NCBI GenBank assembly: GCA_965219085.1
Contig: OZ244720.1
Span: 1,216,001 to 1,280,000 of the forward strand
Source: Dehalococcoidia bacterium
GTDB lineage: Bacteria; Chloroflexota; Dehalococcoidia; UBA2979
DNA: 64,000 bases
Direction of reading: 5' to 3'
Made by a program: the position numbers and the translations under genes. Shown here one piece after another: positions 63,780-64,000 of the stretch (positions are counted from its first letter, which is position 1; each line of letters starts with the position of its first letter). The notes below the pieces were generated by a model, which made no database searches, was not told where the DNA came from, and saw only the letters and a program-made list of their open reading frames with translations.

Positions 63780-64000
63780 GGCGTTGCTCCTTGGGAGACT
63801 TCGTCCGGGTGGAATCTAACATCGGCCCCGTGCGCCAGCAAGGAGAGCGCGCAATTCCAGGGGCCCGAGCGGCTGGTACGATGCCTCCATGAAGTGGAGC
63901 GCACTGCAGATCCACCCCTCGCGACTCTGGACGGCGCCCGAGGTTCGCACCATCGAACACATCCTGGACGGGTCGCCCGGCTGCACCACGTTCGCGATCG

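Overview
GC-rich bacterial window. Chloroflexota/Dehalococcoidia-like by inference (GAAC-N4-GTTC LexA boxes, PlsY, expanded Tat-lipoprotein family-5 solute-binding proteins). 1-13.2 kb: tandem array of seven SBP-5 paralogues (two pseudogenes) with conserved intergenic hairpins. 13-36 kb: mostly housekeeping/metabolic genes (ABC-2 exporter, mgtE, tRNA-His, double nitrilase, MshC/CysS-like ligase, lexA, pyrE-like), with a VapBC module and a DUF5131-TcmP pair carrying an SOS box. 36-47 kb: two inverted copies of a 51-aa microprotein + ClpP-class (SDH_sah) protease cassette flank an orphan nuoI-nuoG-like pair. The second protease is broken by four nested mobile elements (MITE<-IS1182; IS1380<-IS110). 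The IS110 right non-coding end holds a readable bridge/seek-RNA whose guides match its insertion site in the IS1380 transposase gene. 47-64 kb: VapBC in 131-bp direct repeats, duplicated DUF402-GNAT unit, type II R-M system, third VapBC, plsY, aquaporin, candidate sRNA, dut, ferredoxin. All family calls come from motif recognition; no database searches were run.
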